DNA of 62,516 nucleotides from Acidobacteriota bacterium. Its GTDB lineage: Bacteria > Acidobacteriota > Thermoanaerobaculia > Multivoradales > UBA5704. A model generated the notes under the pieces. It made no database searches. It was not told the origin of the DNA and saw only the letters and a program-made list of their open reading frames with translations. This document shows, in pieces, positions 1 through 9,413 of the stretch; the first letter of the stretch is position 1; each line of letters begins with the position of its first letter. The translations under genes were made by a program, and so were the position numbers. The stretch is from the NCBI GenBank assembly GCA_040005235.1, contig JBDTZG010000030.1:1-62516 (forward strand). Reading direction: 5' to 3'.

Positions 1-202
1 GGGACAGATCGTGGATGCTGTACTTCGATTCGCGGATCAGTGAACAGATCTTGTCGATTCGGTTTTCCCCGGAATCGAACCGCTCGGAAGCGATCCGTGG
101 CGAATAACCGAGGAAAACGACAGTGAAGAGAAGCGGCCGAAGCAGCGGGAGATACGTCGCATCGAACGGGCAGTTGATGAAGACGTTGGACTCAAAGCTC
201 AC
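1..202 (-). CDS. Partial CDS running off the window edge; conserved hypothetical 'NVFINCPFD' protein (nucleoside deoxyribosyltransferase/TIR-like Rossmann fold suspected)
   Basis: Manual translation from GTG at 202: MSFESNVFINCPFDATYLPLLRPLLFTVVFLGYSPRIASERFDSGENRIDKICSLIRESKYSIHDLS; not in the ORF track because it is truncated. Confidence 0.75.
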   Translation of the reverse strand, partial: MSFESNVFINCPFDATYLPLLRPLLFTVVFLGYSPRIASERFDSGENRIDKICSLIRESKYSIHDLS

Positions 203-255
203 GCCCTGGCCGGCCTCTATCACCACTGCCGTGCCCGCCGTCGGGCCGGATCAGC

Positions 256-1437
256 CTACCGCCGGGCCGTCCCCTTCTGCACGCGCACCCGGCCGCCGCC
301 TTTGACGTCCACCGAGATCCCGCGCCAGGGGTCTTCGCCGGGGCTCTCGGAGTAGTAGCCGAGCACGTACTGGTTGCGCAGCTCGTCCAGGATGTGGCCG
401 AGCGCGCCGGCCACCTGGTCGATCGAGTCGATCACCTCGATCCGGCCGCCGCTGTCCGCGACCGCGCGTTCGAGCCCTTGCAGCTCCCAGGCGTGCCCTC
501 TGGCATCGCGCCAGATCGACCAGCGTTGGGTCGGACCGCGCTGCTCTTCCTCGCGCCGCAGGCGAACCCAGTAGAGCGCCATCGGCTCGGCTTCCAGCCG
601 CTTGCGGATCCAGGACATCGACAGCACGCTTTCGATCTCGCCGCCGTCGGAGAGCAGGATGATCACCCGCCGCCCCGCGCGGGGCGCGAGCCGGTCGACC
701 GCGAGGTAGAGCACGTCGTTGATCGCCGTGCCGCCGCCCGCATGCGCGCCGGATAGCGCGAGGTCGAGCACGCCGGGCACGCTGGTGAACGGGGTTTCAA
801 GCTGTAGCTGATCCGCGAACAACAAGAGCTTCGCCTCGTCGAGCGGGCGCATGGAGCGAAAAAAAGTGCGCGCGCCGTCCAGCGCCGACTTGAGCCTTTC
901 GCCGCTCATGCTGACGCTCGAATCGATCAGCAGGGCGGCGGTGAAGGGGATGTCGCCGCGCTCGAACGTGACGACTTTCGGCCGGGCGCCGCCGCGCTCG
1001 CGGAGGGTGAAATCTTCGCTCTTGAGGTGCTCTTTTCCGCCGTAGACCGTAACGTAAAGCTGGCGCAGCAGCACATCGATCGTCAGATCGGTCGCGATGC
1101 TCGGCGTGCGGATCGCCGTGCTCGCGATCGCGGAACCTCCCGGCCCGTACGCCACGGCTTCGAAACGGTGCCCGACGTTGTCCTGGCCGACGTCTATGAC
1201 GACGCGAAAAGGCGCCTTCTCCGCAGTGCCCGCGAGCTTGCCGTCGAGAAAGAACTCGACCCGCGAAATGGCGCTGCCGGGTGCGGTGGCGACCCGAACC
1301 TCGACCGGTCCGAACGCCGCCTGGTCCTCGGGCGGGCTGGCGAACGAGATCTCCGCGGCGTGCGCCGGCAGAACCGCTGCGAGGGCGATCCAGGCGAGCG
1401 CGCAGAAGGCTCGCTGGCCGATGCCGCGAAGATTCAT
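256..1437 (-). CDS. Secreted Ig-like + VWA domain protein (acidobacterial VWA type)
   Basis: ATG at 1437 overlaps the upstream stop (ATGA); signal peptide ending AHA; Ig-like RVEFFLDGK..PF; MIDAS DSSVS; LLSDG; ELRNQYVLGY. Confidence 0.85.
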   Translation of the reverse strand: MNLRGIGQRAFCALAWIALAAVLPAHAAEISFASPPEDQAAFGPVEVRVATAPGSAISRVEFFLDGKLAGTAEKAPFRVVIDVGQDNVGHRFEAVAYGPGGSAIASTAIRTPSIATDLTIDVLLRQLYVTVYGGKEHLKSEDFTLRERGGARPKVVTFERGDIPFTAALLIDSSVSMSGERLKSALDGARTFFRSMRPLDEAKLLLFADQLQLETPFTSVPGVLDLALSGAHAGGGTAINDVLYLAVDRLAPRAGRRVIILLSDGGEIESVLSMSWIRKRLEAEPMALYWVRLRREEEQRGPTQRWSIWRDARGHAWELQGLERAVADSGGRIEVIDSIDQVAGALGHILDELRNQYVLGYYSESPGEDPWRGISVDVKGGGRVRVQKGTARR

Positions 1438-3251
1438 GATGCCCCCTTGGCCTTTCCGTTGGGACCGAGCGCGGCGGCGAGTGCCGGAAGCCGGTCCTTC
1501 CCTGCACGCTCCAGCTCCTTCCAGAGCGCCTCGATCCGCTTTCGCGGCAGCTGGTCGTATCGCAGCCGAGGAGAGACCCCGGAACCTGCCTGCGGGTGCC
1601 ATTGAGCGAGCCTCTCTTTCGCCTTCGCGGCCTCGGTCCTATCCGTGCTCGGGAGGTCGGCGAGAGCGGCCGAGAGCAGGACGAGCTTCTCGTCGTCGGG
1701 AAAGCTCGCGAGCCCCAAGGCGAGCACCCGGCCGGCGGCGGGCCGGTCTTTGGCCGCGATTTCGAGCCGCGCAAGCTCTTGGGCCGCGAGCGCGAGCGGC
1801 CAGGCGTCGGCGTCCGGTTTCGGGCTGCCCTCGGGGCGTTCCCGGAGAGGGGCGACGATCATCAAAAAGATCTCGCGGGCGCGCTTCGTCCGGCCCAGTC
1901 GGGCGGTGTTGATCGCCAGGCGCACGAGGACCTCCGGATCGTGCGGGTTCTGGGCATCCAGCTTTTCGAGGCCGGCGACCGCTTCGGCGTAGTGTCCGTG
2001 GCGTTCGTCGTCCTGCGCGTGGCCGAGCAGGGCTTGCGGGTGCCCGGGATCGATTTCGAGCGCGCGCTTGAGCTCCGCCTCGACCATGGTGGAGAGCCCG
2101 CTGCGATCGAGGTTGGGGGTCAAACTGACCAGAAATCCGGCCGCCAACCGCCGCCCCTCGGGACCGGGGACCGCCCGGGCGTACAGCTCCACCAGGCTGC
2201 CGACCAGGATCGCGGCGTGCATCGCCGGCTGGCGCAGGCTGCGCAGCTGGTAGGTGCCATGAAGCGTTCGATAAGCCGCCATCACCGGCACCAGGCTCTC
2301 CGGATTGCGCCGCTCGAGCGAACGCAACACCTCCCCTTCGAGCGCGGTCAGCTCCTCGCGGGTGGCGGCTTTCGGGCCGGAGAGCAGCGGTACCTCGAAC
2401 GCCGCGATCTCGTCGAGCGCCTTGGGTTCGTCGCCCGCGCCCAAGCGGGCCAAGATCCGAGCATAGGTGGCGCGCAGGGCGGCCGCCTCCGAGCGGCGCC
2501 AATGGCCGGGCGCGTCGGCGTTTTTCTCATCGGCCGTCGCCACGCCGGCCAATGGCGCGGCGTCGCCGGCCAGGATCATCTTCTCGCGTTCGGCCGGATC
2601 GATCGCCAGACCGGGCGGGAGGCCGAGCGCCAGGGCGTCGAGCGAGTTGACGGTGAGCCAACCCTCGCCGCTCGCCGGGGTCTCGGGCAGAGGGGCGACC
2701 TCCGCCGCGGCGGGAACCGTGAGCGGTAGGGTGCGCAGACCGAACGTGCGCGAGCCGGAGTGGCCCACCAGGATGCGCAGGCTGTACGTGCCGGGCCGGA
2801 GCGCGAGCCCTGCGACGAAGCGGAGGCCGTGGGTGAGGAGGCTGTGGATCGGGTCTGGAATTTCGACTGTTTCGATCACCGAGCCCGCGAGAGCTCCGCG
2901 CTCGTCGAGCGCGTAGATTGCGACGTCCACGGGCAAGAAGGAAAGCTCGGTTTCGGCGTCTGCGGCGGCCGCGGCGGCCGTGGAGAGCGCGGTGCCGGCC
3001 GCTTCGATCACCACGGCGATTCTCACTTTGTCTTGGGCGGCGGGCCCGCGGCCCGGGAGTGGCAGGGCCATCGCGGCCATCGCCACCGGACCGCCCTGCT
3101 GGCCGCTCCAAAGAAGCGCCGCGGTCTCGACCCTGAGACCCCCGGTGCGCAGGACGCGAATCGCGGGGGGTGGTTGGGCCGAAGAGACCGTCGCGGCGAG
3201 CCCAAGTCCGGCGGCGAGCAGGAAAACGACGCGCGCGCGAATCGGGATCAG
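1434..3251 (-). CDS. Secreted TPR-containing protein (start uncertain)
   Basis: Signal-like VVFLLAAGLGLAATVSSA; C-terminal TPR helices (KRALEIDPGHPQAL, EKLDAQNPHDPEV); ORF track starts at 3365 but the likely start is near the upstream stop at about 3250. Confidence 0.75.
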   Translation of the reverse strand: MIPIRARVVFLLAAGLGLAATVSSAQPPPAIRVLRTGGLRVETAALLWSGQQGGPVAMAAMALPLPGRGPAAQDKVRIAVVIEAAGTALSTAAAAAADAETELSFLPVDVAIYALDERGALAGSVIETVEIPDPIHSLLTHGLRFVAGLALRPGTYSLRILVGHSGSRTFGLRTLPLTVPAAAEVAPLPETPASGEGWLTVNSLDALALGLPPGLAIDPAEREKMILAGDAAPLAGVATADEKNADAPGHWRRSEAAALRATYARILARLGAGDEPKALDEIAAFEVPLLSGPKAATREELTALEGEVLRSLERRNPESLVPVMAAYRTLHGTYQLRSLRQPAMHAAILVGSLVELYARAVPGPEGRRLAAGFLVSLTPNLDRSGLSTMVEAELKRALEIDPGHPQALLGHAQDDERHGHYAEAVAGLEKLDAQNPHDPEVLVRLAINTARLGRTKRAREIFLMIVAPLRERPEGSPKPDADAWPLALAAQELARLEIAAKDRPAAGRVLALGLASFPDDEKLVLLSAALADLPSTDRTEAAKAKERLAQWHPQAGSGVSPRLRYDQLPRKRIEALWKELERAGKDRLPALAAALGPNGKAKGAS

Positions 3252-5185
3252 TCTCCGAGGGGAGCGCCGGCCTTTGCCGCAGCGGTCGGAGCTGCAGATG
3301 CGGAAGCCGGAGCCGGGACGTACCGGGTGAGCACCACCGCCTCGGCGCGCCCCAGGTCGTCCCAAACGCCCGCGGCGATCCGGTGGAGGCCGGGCCGCAG
3401 GACGAGTGTCACGCGGACGCCGACGGTTTGGCCCAGGGCGGTGAGCAGGTTCTCATTCGGCACCCGGATCGGCGCATCGACGATCGTAATGGTGGAAAGC
3501 CGTTCCTTGGCGTCCTTGGCGCCGACGTAGATGCGAAGCTTCCCTTCGTGGACGTTCTCCTGGGGCAGTAGCACCAACTTCGCCATCGGTACCGTGACCA
3601 TCAGCGCCAGCTCGACCGTGTCCCCCTTGCCCGGCCGCTCGCCTTCGATCTCGATCGCCGCATCGAGCGGATTGGCTTCCGGACCGGCGTCGGACGGGGT
3701 GTTGAGCAGCAAGGCGGTCGCCGTCCGCTCCTTCATCCGCTCGTCCGTGGTCTGGTCGCGGTCCGCTTCGCGATGACGGATCTGGTAGCGCTTGTCGCGC
3801 ATCCGCACGTCGATCGCGTGGAACTTCTTGTCCGCCGGCCGCGTTGGCGAGTAGCTCAACAGATAGGAGCTGGTCATCTCGTTCTTGATCCGGTTCAAGA
3901 ACCGGCCGGGATCGGCGTTCGCCGCGGCGGCCAAACCGCCGGTGCCGGAGGCGGCGATCTGGATCCCCATCGTGCGCGCGAGCTCCTCGCTCCGTCCCAG
4001 GTCGGTCGGCAACAGGCTTTCGCCAGGGTTTTCGGCCGATACGCCCAGGCTGCCGTCGGGCAGGGCGAGGCCGTAGATCGTCACCCGCTGGGCGTTGGCG
4101 TGCTGGGTCAGCTCTTCGACCTTCGTGGTCGTGTCGTCCCGGAACCCCTCGATCGTGTTCATCATGTCCTGGTAAGGGGTGTGCTCGTACTTCCGTCGGA
4201 ACGTCTCGATCAGCATGTCGGCCGGGCGCAACGACAGGCCGCCGCCCACCCACAGCACCGCCCGCCGCCCGGGCAGGCCGGACATCGCGTCGATCACCGA
4301 AGAGATGGCCGCGATCGTTTGCCGGTCCTGGTTGTTTTGCTGCTGCACGTACAGGCGAATCCCCGACTCGACCGAGCTGGCCTCCATCTCCGAGCTGTCC
4401 GGCTGCGAGCCGCTCGGAGGGAGGCTCGCGCCCTGGATCTCTTCGAGCACCCGCCGCCGCGCTGCGGAGGCGTCCAACCCGCGCGCCGGACGGTCCATCT
4501 CGTCGCGCAACGCCTTGCGCAGAGCCTCGCTGTCGCCTGGCGGTATTTCGGACATCCGCAAACCGCCGTCGTACCCGGCGAGCAGGACATGGTCATTCCG
4601 CCCGCTCCGCGCATCGAAAAAGTTCTGTAGCGACTCGCCCAACCGCTTGCGCGCGAACGGCGGAAGGCTCAAGTGATCGACGAACACCGCGATCTGAAGG
4701 CGGCCCTCCGGCGTGTCGTCCAAGCTCCCGGTGCGTGGACCGGCCGTTTCTGCCGGAGCGGAGGAGGGAGCCGGAGCGTTCTCGGCGGCGGGCGCCTCAT
4801 CGGCCGGAGCCGGGCCGCCCGTCACCCCCGGGCCATAGAAATGGGTGATCTCGACCGGCTTGCCGTCCTCGAACAGCTCGAAGTCCGCCGCTCTTAGACC
4901 AGGAACCGGCTGCCCTTTCTTGTCGGTGACCACGGCTTCGACGTTCACCACCCGGACGTCGACCGAAGCGAAGAAGGTCGATTCCTCGGAGGAATCCTCC
5001 GCTTCGGCCGGGGGAACGGCTTTCTTGGCGGGGGCCTTCGCAGGCGGCGCCGCGGCAACCCTCCACGCGAAGCTCCCAAGAGCCAGGAAAAGAAGGAGCA
5101 GGACGCCCCGCCGAGCAGAACGGACAGTCGATGGCGGCACGGGGATGGAGCCTCCGGGTTGTGATTCGGACCCGGATCGTAACAT
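3248..5185 (-). CDS. VWA-related acidobacterial domain protein, secreted
   Basis: VDVRVVNVEAVVTDKKGQPVPGLRAADFELFEDGKPVEI signature; PGRRAVLWV; TGG; YLLSYSP; KFHAIDVR. Confidence 0.85.
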   Translation of the reverse strand: MLRSGSESQPGGSIPVPPSTVRSARRGVLLLLFLALGSFAWRVAAAPPAKAPAKKAVPPAEAEDSSEESTFFASVDVRVVNVEAVVTDKKGQPVPGLRAADFELFEDGKPVEITHFYGPGVTGGPAPADEAPAAENAPAPSSAPAETAGPRTGSLDDTPEGRLQIAVFVDHLSLPPFARKRLGESLQNFFDARSGRNDHVLLAGYDGGLRMSEIPPGDSEALRKALRDEMDRPARGLDASAARRRVLEEIQGASLPPSGSQPDSSEMEASSVESGIRLYVQQQNNQDRQTIAAISSVIDAMSGLPGRRAVLWVGGGLSLRPADMLIETFRRKYEHTPYQDMMNTIEGFRDDTTTKVEELTQHANAQRVTIYGLALPDGSLGVSAENPGESLLPTDLGRSEELARTMGIQIAASGTGGLAAAANADPGRFLNRIKNEMTSSYLLSYSPTRPADKKFHAIDVRMRDKRYQIRHREADRDQTTDERMKERTATALLLNTPSDAGPEANPLDAAIEIEGERPGKGDTVELALMVTVPMAKLVLLPQENVHEGKLRIYVGAKDAKERLSTITIVDAPIRVPNENLLTALGQTVGVRVTLVLRPGLHRIAAGVWDDLGRAEAVVLTRYVPAPASASAAPTAAAKAGAPLGD

Positions 5186-5312
5186 CCCCGGATGCCCACC
5201 GGCGTCCTCACCGGGCCGAGTGGCGGAGGGGGCCGTGGGTGGTGGAGTGTGAGAGGTAGGGCGATCCGGAGAAAGGTCCCTGGGACCGCCGGCGTCCTCG
5301 CCGGCGTTTTCG

Positions 5313-7046
5313 TTAGAACTTCCAGACCCCGCTCGAATACGGCGGCAGCTTGATCTTGCTTCCGGCCTTGCCTCCGGCCGGAGGGGGGACGCCGGGGGAG
5401 ACGTAGAGCGGATCGAAGCGGGCGCCGAGGTAGAACGGGCCGGCTTCTACCTCCAGGCCGCTCAGGTTGTGAACCACGAGCGAGTGGGCGCCTTCGTAGC
5501 GCAGGATGTAGCTCAAGACGGCGGCGGGTTGGCCGGGGGGCTTCACCTTTTCCATCGTTCCGTAGCGCAGGGAGTTCGAGCGGTGGCGGGCGCGGATCAG
5601 CAGGCGGTAGTTGGAGAGGAGCGAATTCGGATCGCCGGTTTCGACGGCGACATTCGCCATCTCGCGACCGGGGGCCGGGTCGTGCCAGGGCTTGGCCATG
5701 GTGAAGCCGCCACCAGGGGTGGCGTCCCAGGGCATGGGCGTTCGTTTCCATTCGTCCTGGCCGCCCGGACCGTTTTGCAGGCCCAGCTCTTCGCCGTAGT
5801 AGACGAACGGCGTGCCGGGCAGCGTCAACAGGATCGCCGCCGCGAGCTTCAAGCGGGCCGGATCGTTGGTCAGCTCGGTGGCAATCCGGATCATGTCGTG
5901 GTTGGTCAAGAAGGTCCCATCGAGCACGCCCTTCGGATAGACCTTCGTCTTCAAATCGAGCGCGGCGTTGATCGCCGAGGGTTCTCCCGCCTTGACCGAG
6001 GCGAGGATCGCCGTCGAGAGCGGAAAGTCGAAGTTCATCGGCAGCTCGTCGCCGCCGCCGAGCGCTGCAGTCGACCCGTAGTACTTGGCAATGTGCGCGG
6101 CGTCGGTCCAGTTTTCGCCGACCAATAAGGCCGCGGGGTTCGCCTTGCGCAGCGCGGCGGAGAGCTCTTTGAGGAAGGCGTGAGTCTCCGGCGTGTCCAC
6201 TTGATCGTCGCCGTCGCCGTTTTCTATTAGATGGCGCGCCGCGTCCAGCCGGAACCCGTCGACCCCCCGGTCGAGCCAAAACTTGGCGATCCGCGCGACC
6301 TCGGTGCGCACAGCGGGCGTGCGGAGATTGAGGTCGGGCATGCCGCCCAAGAAGACGCCGTAGTAGAAGCCGTGCTTGCCGGCATGCCAGGTCGGGTTGC
6401 CGTTGCCCCAGGGCGTGGTCCAGTGCGGGTCGTCGTTGCGCCAGACGTACCAGTCGCGTTTCGGCGAGGTCGTCGAGGCGTCCGATTCCTTGAACCAGGC
6501 GTTCGCGGTGCTCGTGTGGTTGATCGGCAGATCCAGGATCACTTTCATCCCGCGTTGATGCGCCGCGGCGATCAGCTTGGCGACGTCCTGCTCGGTGCCA
6601 TAGGCGGGCTGGATCTTCTCGTAATTGGTGACGTCGTAGCCGTGGTACGAGGGAGATTCGAAGATCGGCATCAGCCAGAGCGCATCTAGTCCCAAGTCGC
6701 CGAGGCTCTTCGGGTCGCCGTCGTTCAGGTAGTCGAGCTTCGCGGTTAAGCCGGCCAGGTCGCCCACCCCGTCGCCGTTCGAATCGGCGAAGCTGCGAAC
6801 GAAGATTTCATAGAGCACCGCGCCGCGCGCCCAGGTGAGCTGCCAGGCGTCCGCCGGAACCAGGTTCGGAATCTCGTCGGCACCGGTCGAAGCCGGGGCT
6901 GCCGCCACGGCGGCCGGTTTCTCCTTCGCTTCCGCAGGCGGGGTCGTCGCCGCCCCTTTGGGTTCCTCCTTCACCAAAGCCCCCAGCCATCCGCCCAACC
7001 CCGCCATCACCGCCGAAATCACCAGAGCCGCCGTCTTGGTTCGCAT
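5313..7046 (-). CDS. GH13 alpha-amylase family glycoside hydrolase with N-terminal anchor/signal
   Basis: YEIFVRSFADSNGDGVGD, SYHGYD, NHTS, GVDGFRLDAA, VGENW, FLTNHD, PFVYYGEELG conserved regions. Confidence 0.92.
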   Translation of the reverse strand: MRTKTAALVISAVMAGLGGWLGALVKEEPKGAATTPPAEAKEKPAAVAAAPASTGADEIPNLVPADAWQLTWARGAVLYEIFVRSFADSNGDGVGDLAGLTAKLDYLNDGDPKSLGDLGLDALWLMPIFESPSYHGYDVTNYEKIQPAYGTEQDVAKLIAAAHQRGMKVILDLPINHTSTANAWFKESDASTTSPKRDWYVWRNDDPHWTTPWGNGNPTWHAGKHGFYYGVFLGGMPDLNLRTPAVRTEVARIAKFWLDRGVDGFRLDAARHLIENGDGDDQVDTPETHAFLKELSAALRKANPAALLVGENWTDAAHIAKYYGSTAALGGGDELPMNFDFPLSTAILASVKAGEPSAINAALDLKTKVYPKGVLDGTFLTNHDMIRIATELTNDPARLKLAAAILLTLPGTPFVYYGEELGLQNGPGGQDEWKRTPMPWDATPGGGFTMAKPWHDPAPGREMANVAVETGDPNSLLSNYRLLIRARHRSNSLRYGTMEKVKPPGQPAAVLSYILRYEGAHSLVVHNLSGLEVEAGPFYLGARFDPLYVSPGVPPPAGGKAGSKIKLPPYSSGVWKF

Positions 7047-7263
7047 GGACCTATCTTACGGCGCTTCGACCCGGGCACAAGCCCCGGGAATCCAAACCTC
7101 TCGCCCCGAGCTCCGACACGAAATCGCCCCTCCTGGGGAGTGAATTTTGAGAACTGCAGAACGCTCAGAAGAAGCTGGAGAGAGTCGCGATCTTCACGGG
7201 CATTGTAAAGCGAGACCATCGGCCGTCATAGGCGGCATCCAGCTATGCGAACCGGTCGAACTG

Positions 7264-7272
7264 TGATATAAT
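7264..7272 (+). promoter_or_regulatory. Extended -10 promoter element (TGnTATAAT)
   Basis: TGATATAAT, a perfect match, about 135 bp upstream of the ORF at 7409. Confidence 0.55.
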
Positions 7273-7408
7273 TAGGAATAGGCCGATTGCTGGTAAGCGC
7301 CAGCCCCAGTGGAAGCTGGGTTTCGGCTGCGTCGCGTGAAGCGGCGAGCGCGAATTTTGAGCCTGTTCGGCTCGTTTACAGCCCCTGTCCGGGGAGAGGT
7401 GTATTACT

Positions 7409-7903
7409 ATGACTGCAAAAGCATGTATTTCGTCAGCTAGTCGGATCTCGACATCGATCAAAGAGTTAGGAGTTTCAGCGGAACGCTTAAACTCCGTTTC
7501 CGATGAACTCGCGAAGGCAATTCGTCCGATTGATGCCGCTCTAAAGAAATTGAATCTTGGTGTCGCTGCGTGGTATCAATATGCCCGTTCTAGTAATAGC
7601 GAGGATAGCGAATACTGGAGCCGCCACATTGGTTACGCCAAAGTGGGGCACAAATGGGGCCTAGCCCTTTCTATGGCTTCGGGCCCTGAAGGCCCTGAAG
7701 GCCCGGAAGAAGAGGAGTGGCTATTCAGCGACGCGCCGCGTTGGATGCGCGTTGAAGCTGTGGACCACATCCCGGATCTACTCGAGCACCTCGTAGAGCG
7801 GGCGAACGAAGTCGCAGAGAGCCTCCAGAAACAGACTGATCATGCGCGTGAGTTTGCGGGCCTTATCTCAGCGCTGACTGCCACTTCGGAAGGGAAGGGG
7901 TAG
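7409..7903 (+). CDS. Hypothetical protein (coiled-coil ends, Trp-rich core)
   Basis: 164 aa ORF, GAGAGGT RBS, lower GC than the flanks. Confidence 0.75.
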   Translation: MTAKACISSASRISTSIKELGVSAERLNSVSDELAKAIRPIDAALKKLNLGVAAWYQYARSSNSEDSEYWSRHIGYAKVGHKWGLALSMASGPEGPEGPEEEEWLFSDAPRWMRVEAVDHIPDLLEHLVERANEVAESLQKQTDHAREFAGLISALTATSEGKG

Positions 7904-7905
7904 TC

Positions 7906-8079
7906 ATGGATCCCCTTACAGCACTGCTCTTGGGAGCCGTGATCGTGCTCACCTTCAGCTTGGTTCTGGTTGCTCTTTATCGAAAGGGCGATTTGAAGGT
8001 TGGCGCCAAAGTGGGCTCGGGTTCGTTCTTCATGGAAGTACACGAGAAGGAGAACAGGTCTCGCGATTTGCCGAGTTAA
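7906..8079 (+). CDS. Small single-TM membrane protein, 57 aa
   Basis: MDPLTALLLGAVIVLTFSLVLVALYRKGDLKVGAKVGSGSFFMEVHEKENRSRDLPS; starts 2 nt after the 7903 stop with GGGAAGGGG RBS; below the ORF-track cutoff. Confidence 0.65.
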   Translation: MDPLTALLLGAVIVLTFSLVLVALYRKGDLKVGAKVGSGSFFMEVHEKENRSRDLPS

Positions 8080-8083
8080 TGCG

Positions 8084-8356
8084 TCAACTGCAATCGCCGG
8101 CGTCGGGCTTTTTGGGTCTAGAAATACCTCCTGAGGCTGTTGGCCTACTTTGGAGACGTGATCGGACTTCCTCCCAAGGAATCGACGCACTGGGGTTGTC
8201 TTCCGTGTCATCGAGGCTCCGGTCGAGTTCGCGGCACTGAGCGTCGTTCAGAGGGAGATTCCCCGTAAGGGAAATCGAATCCCAGATCGCTTCGGCGAAC
8301 TCGATTCGCTTATCTACGGGGAGCCGGACCACTTCGGCAAGGAGCCTCTCGTGCAT
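8084..8356 (-). CDS. Putative addiction module component (TIGR02574-like antitoxin)
   Basis: LPVDKRIEFAEAIWDSI...ELDRSL...IPWEEVRSRL pattern. Confidence 0.75.
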   Translation of the reverse strand: MHERLLAEVVRLPVDKRIEFAEAIWDSISLTGNLPLNDAQCRELDRSLDDTEDNPSASIPWEEVRSRLQSRPTASGGISRPKKPDAGDCS

Positions 8357-8472
8357 TCGAGAATAATACTTCTAACCTCCGGACCAGAGCCTTCACCTCC
8401 GTGGCGGTAAGAGGATTGAGCCGAGGGAAGAGTCGGGCGCCGACCGTAGGCCGCCCGAGCGCTTTTCCGCCA

Positions 8473-8928
8473 CTATCCCCCGGGGCGTTCACTTCTGGGA
8501 TCGACCAGAGCCAGGCCGTCGAAGATTTTGAAATCGGAGGTATTGCAGGTGATCAGCTCGTGGACCCCATGACCGAGGAGCGAGGCGGCGAACTGGGTGT
8601 CCGCAATCCGCTTCCTTCCGAGTTGGTGCCGCTCCATGAGTTCGAATGCTACGGCTGCCCCTTGCGCGTCTATGCTGACGCACTCCACCTTGGGGTGTTC
8701 AAGATACACACGAGCCACGGTGAGGGCTTCGGCCATGGCCACCGGCGGGTCGAAGCGTCGGCCGTCGGTCACGACATGGAGGAACTCGTGGAGGACGGCG
8801 GGTGTGATGACAAGGGTTACTTCGTCGCGGGCCAGTTGATCACGGAGAAAGCCTCGCACCGCGACATGGTGCGGTAGCTCTGGCATGTGGGCGTAGATCA
8901 GGACGTTGGTATCGACTCCTCGTCTCAT
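8473..8928 (-). CDS. vapC: PIN-domain toxin (VapC family)
   Basis: VDTNVLIYA, acidic PIN residues (VLHEF, IADT, TCNTSDF). Confidence 0.88.
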   Translation of the reverse strand: MRRGVDTNVLIYAHMPELPHHVAVRGFLRDQLARDEVTLVITPAVLHEFLHVVTDGRRFDPPVAMAEALTVARVYLEHPKVECVSIDAQGAAVAFELMERHQLGRKRIADTQFAASLLGHGVHELITCNTSDFKIFDGLALVDPRSERPGG

Positions 8929-9179
8929 GACGATGAGTCCGAATCCTCGGGTGAGAACATTTCCTCGTAGAGATCGGCCCGCGAGGGAAGATCAGAGATC
9001 GCGCGGTGCCCCGGAAGTAAAGGCAGATCCTTGAGGATCTTCCCCTTTGCGACCGTGCCTCTTTGGATTGAGGCCATGGTCTCTCGGATCAACTGTTCGA
9101 CAGACCGTTCCCGCGCCTCAGCAACTTTTTGGAGGTCCTGGTATTCGGAGTCCGACACGGTGAGTCGAAGAGTTTTCAT
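8925..9179 (-). CDS. RHH/CopG-like antitoxin (VapB-like)
   Basis: MKTLRLTVSDSEYQDLQKVAEARERSVEQLIRE; ATGA overlap with the PIN gene. Confidence 0.75.
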   Translation of the reverse strand: MKTLRLTVSDSEYQDLQKVAEARERSVEQLIRETMASIQRGTVAKGKILKDLPLLPGHRAISDLPSRADLYEEMFSPEDSDSSS

Positions 9180-9240
9180 GAAGGAAGTATAAGCGAGGAG
9201 TTCATCCTTTTCGCTCACCCCCAGGATGAGGCCAACGGGA

Positions 9241-9377
9241 CGCTCGCTAAGATTACGTCGTCCCGACGGGACGAGATGCTGGGTTCCGTGAGGTCGTACC
9301 GGCAACGCGCGAGCGTTGCGACCTAGGAACGTCCCGCTAGGGACGTCGTAACGTAGCGAGCGATTTCAATCGCTCGC
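9241..9377. repeat. Inverted pair of REP-like palindromes
   Basis: CGCTCGCTA..CGTCCCgacGGGACG and the inverted CGTCCCgctaGGGACG..TAGCGAGCGATTTCAATCGCTCGC. Confidence 0.5.
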
Positions 9378-9413
9378 GGACTCCCGGCGGTTTGCCTTAA
9401 ACGCCGTCCCCCC

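Noticed and set aside
7840-8211. Possible ParE toxin partner of the 8084 antitoxin
   Set aside because: No RelE/ParE motifs; it overlaps better-supported plus-strand genes
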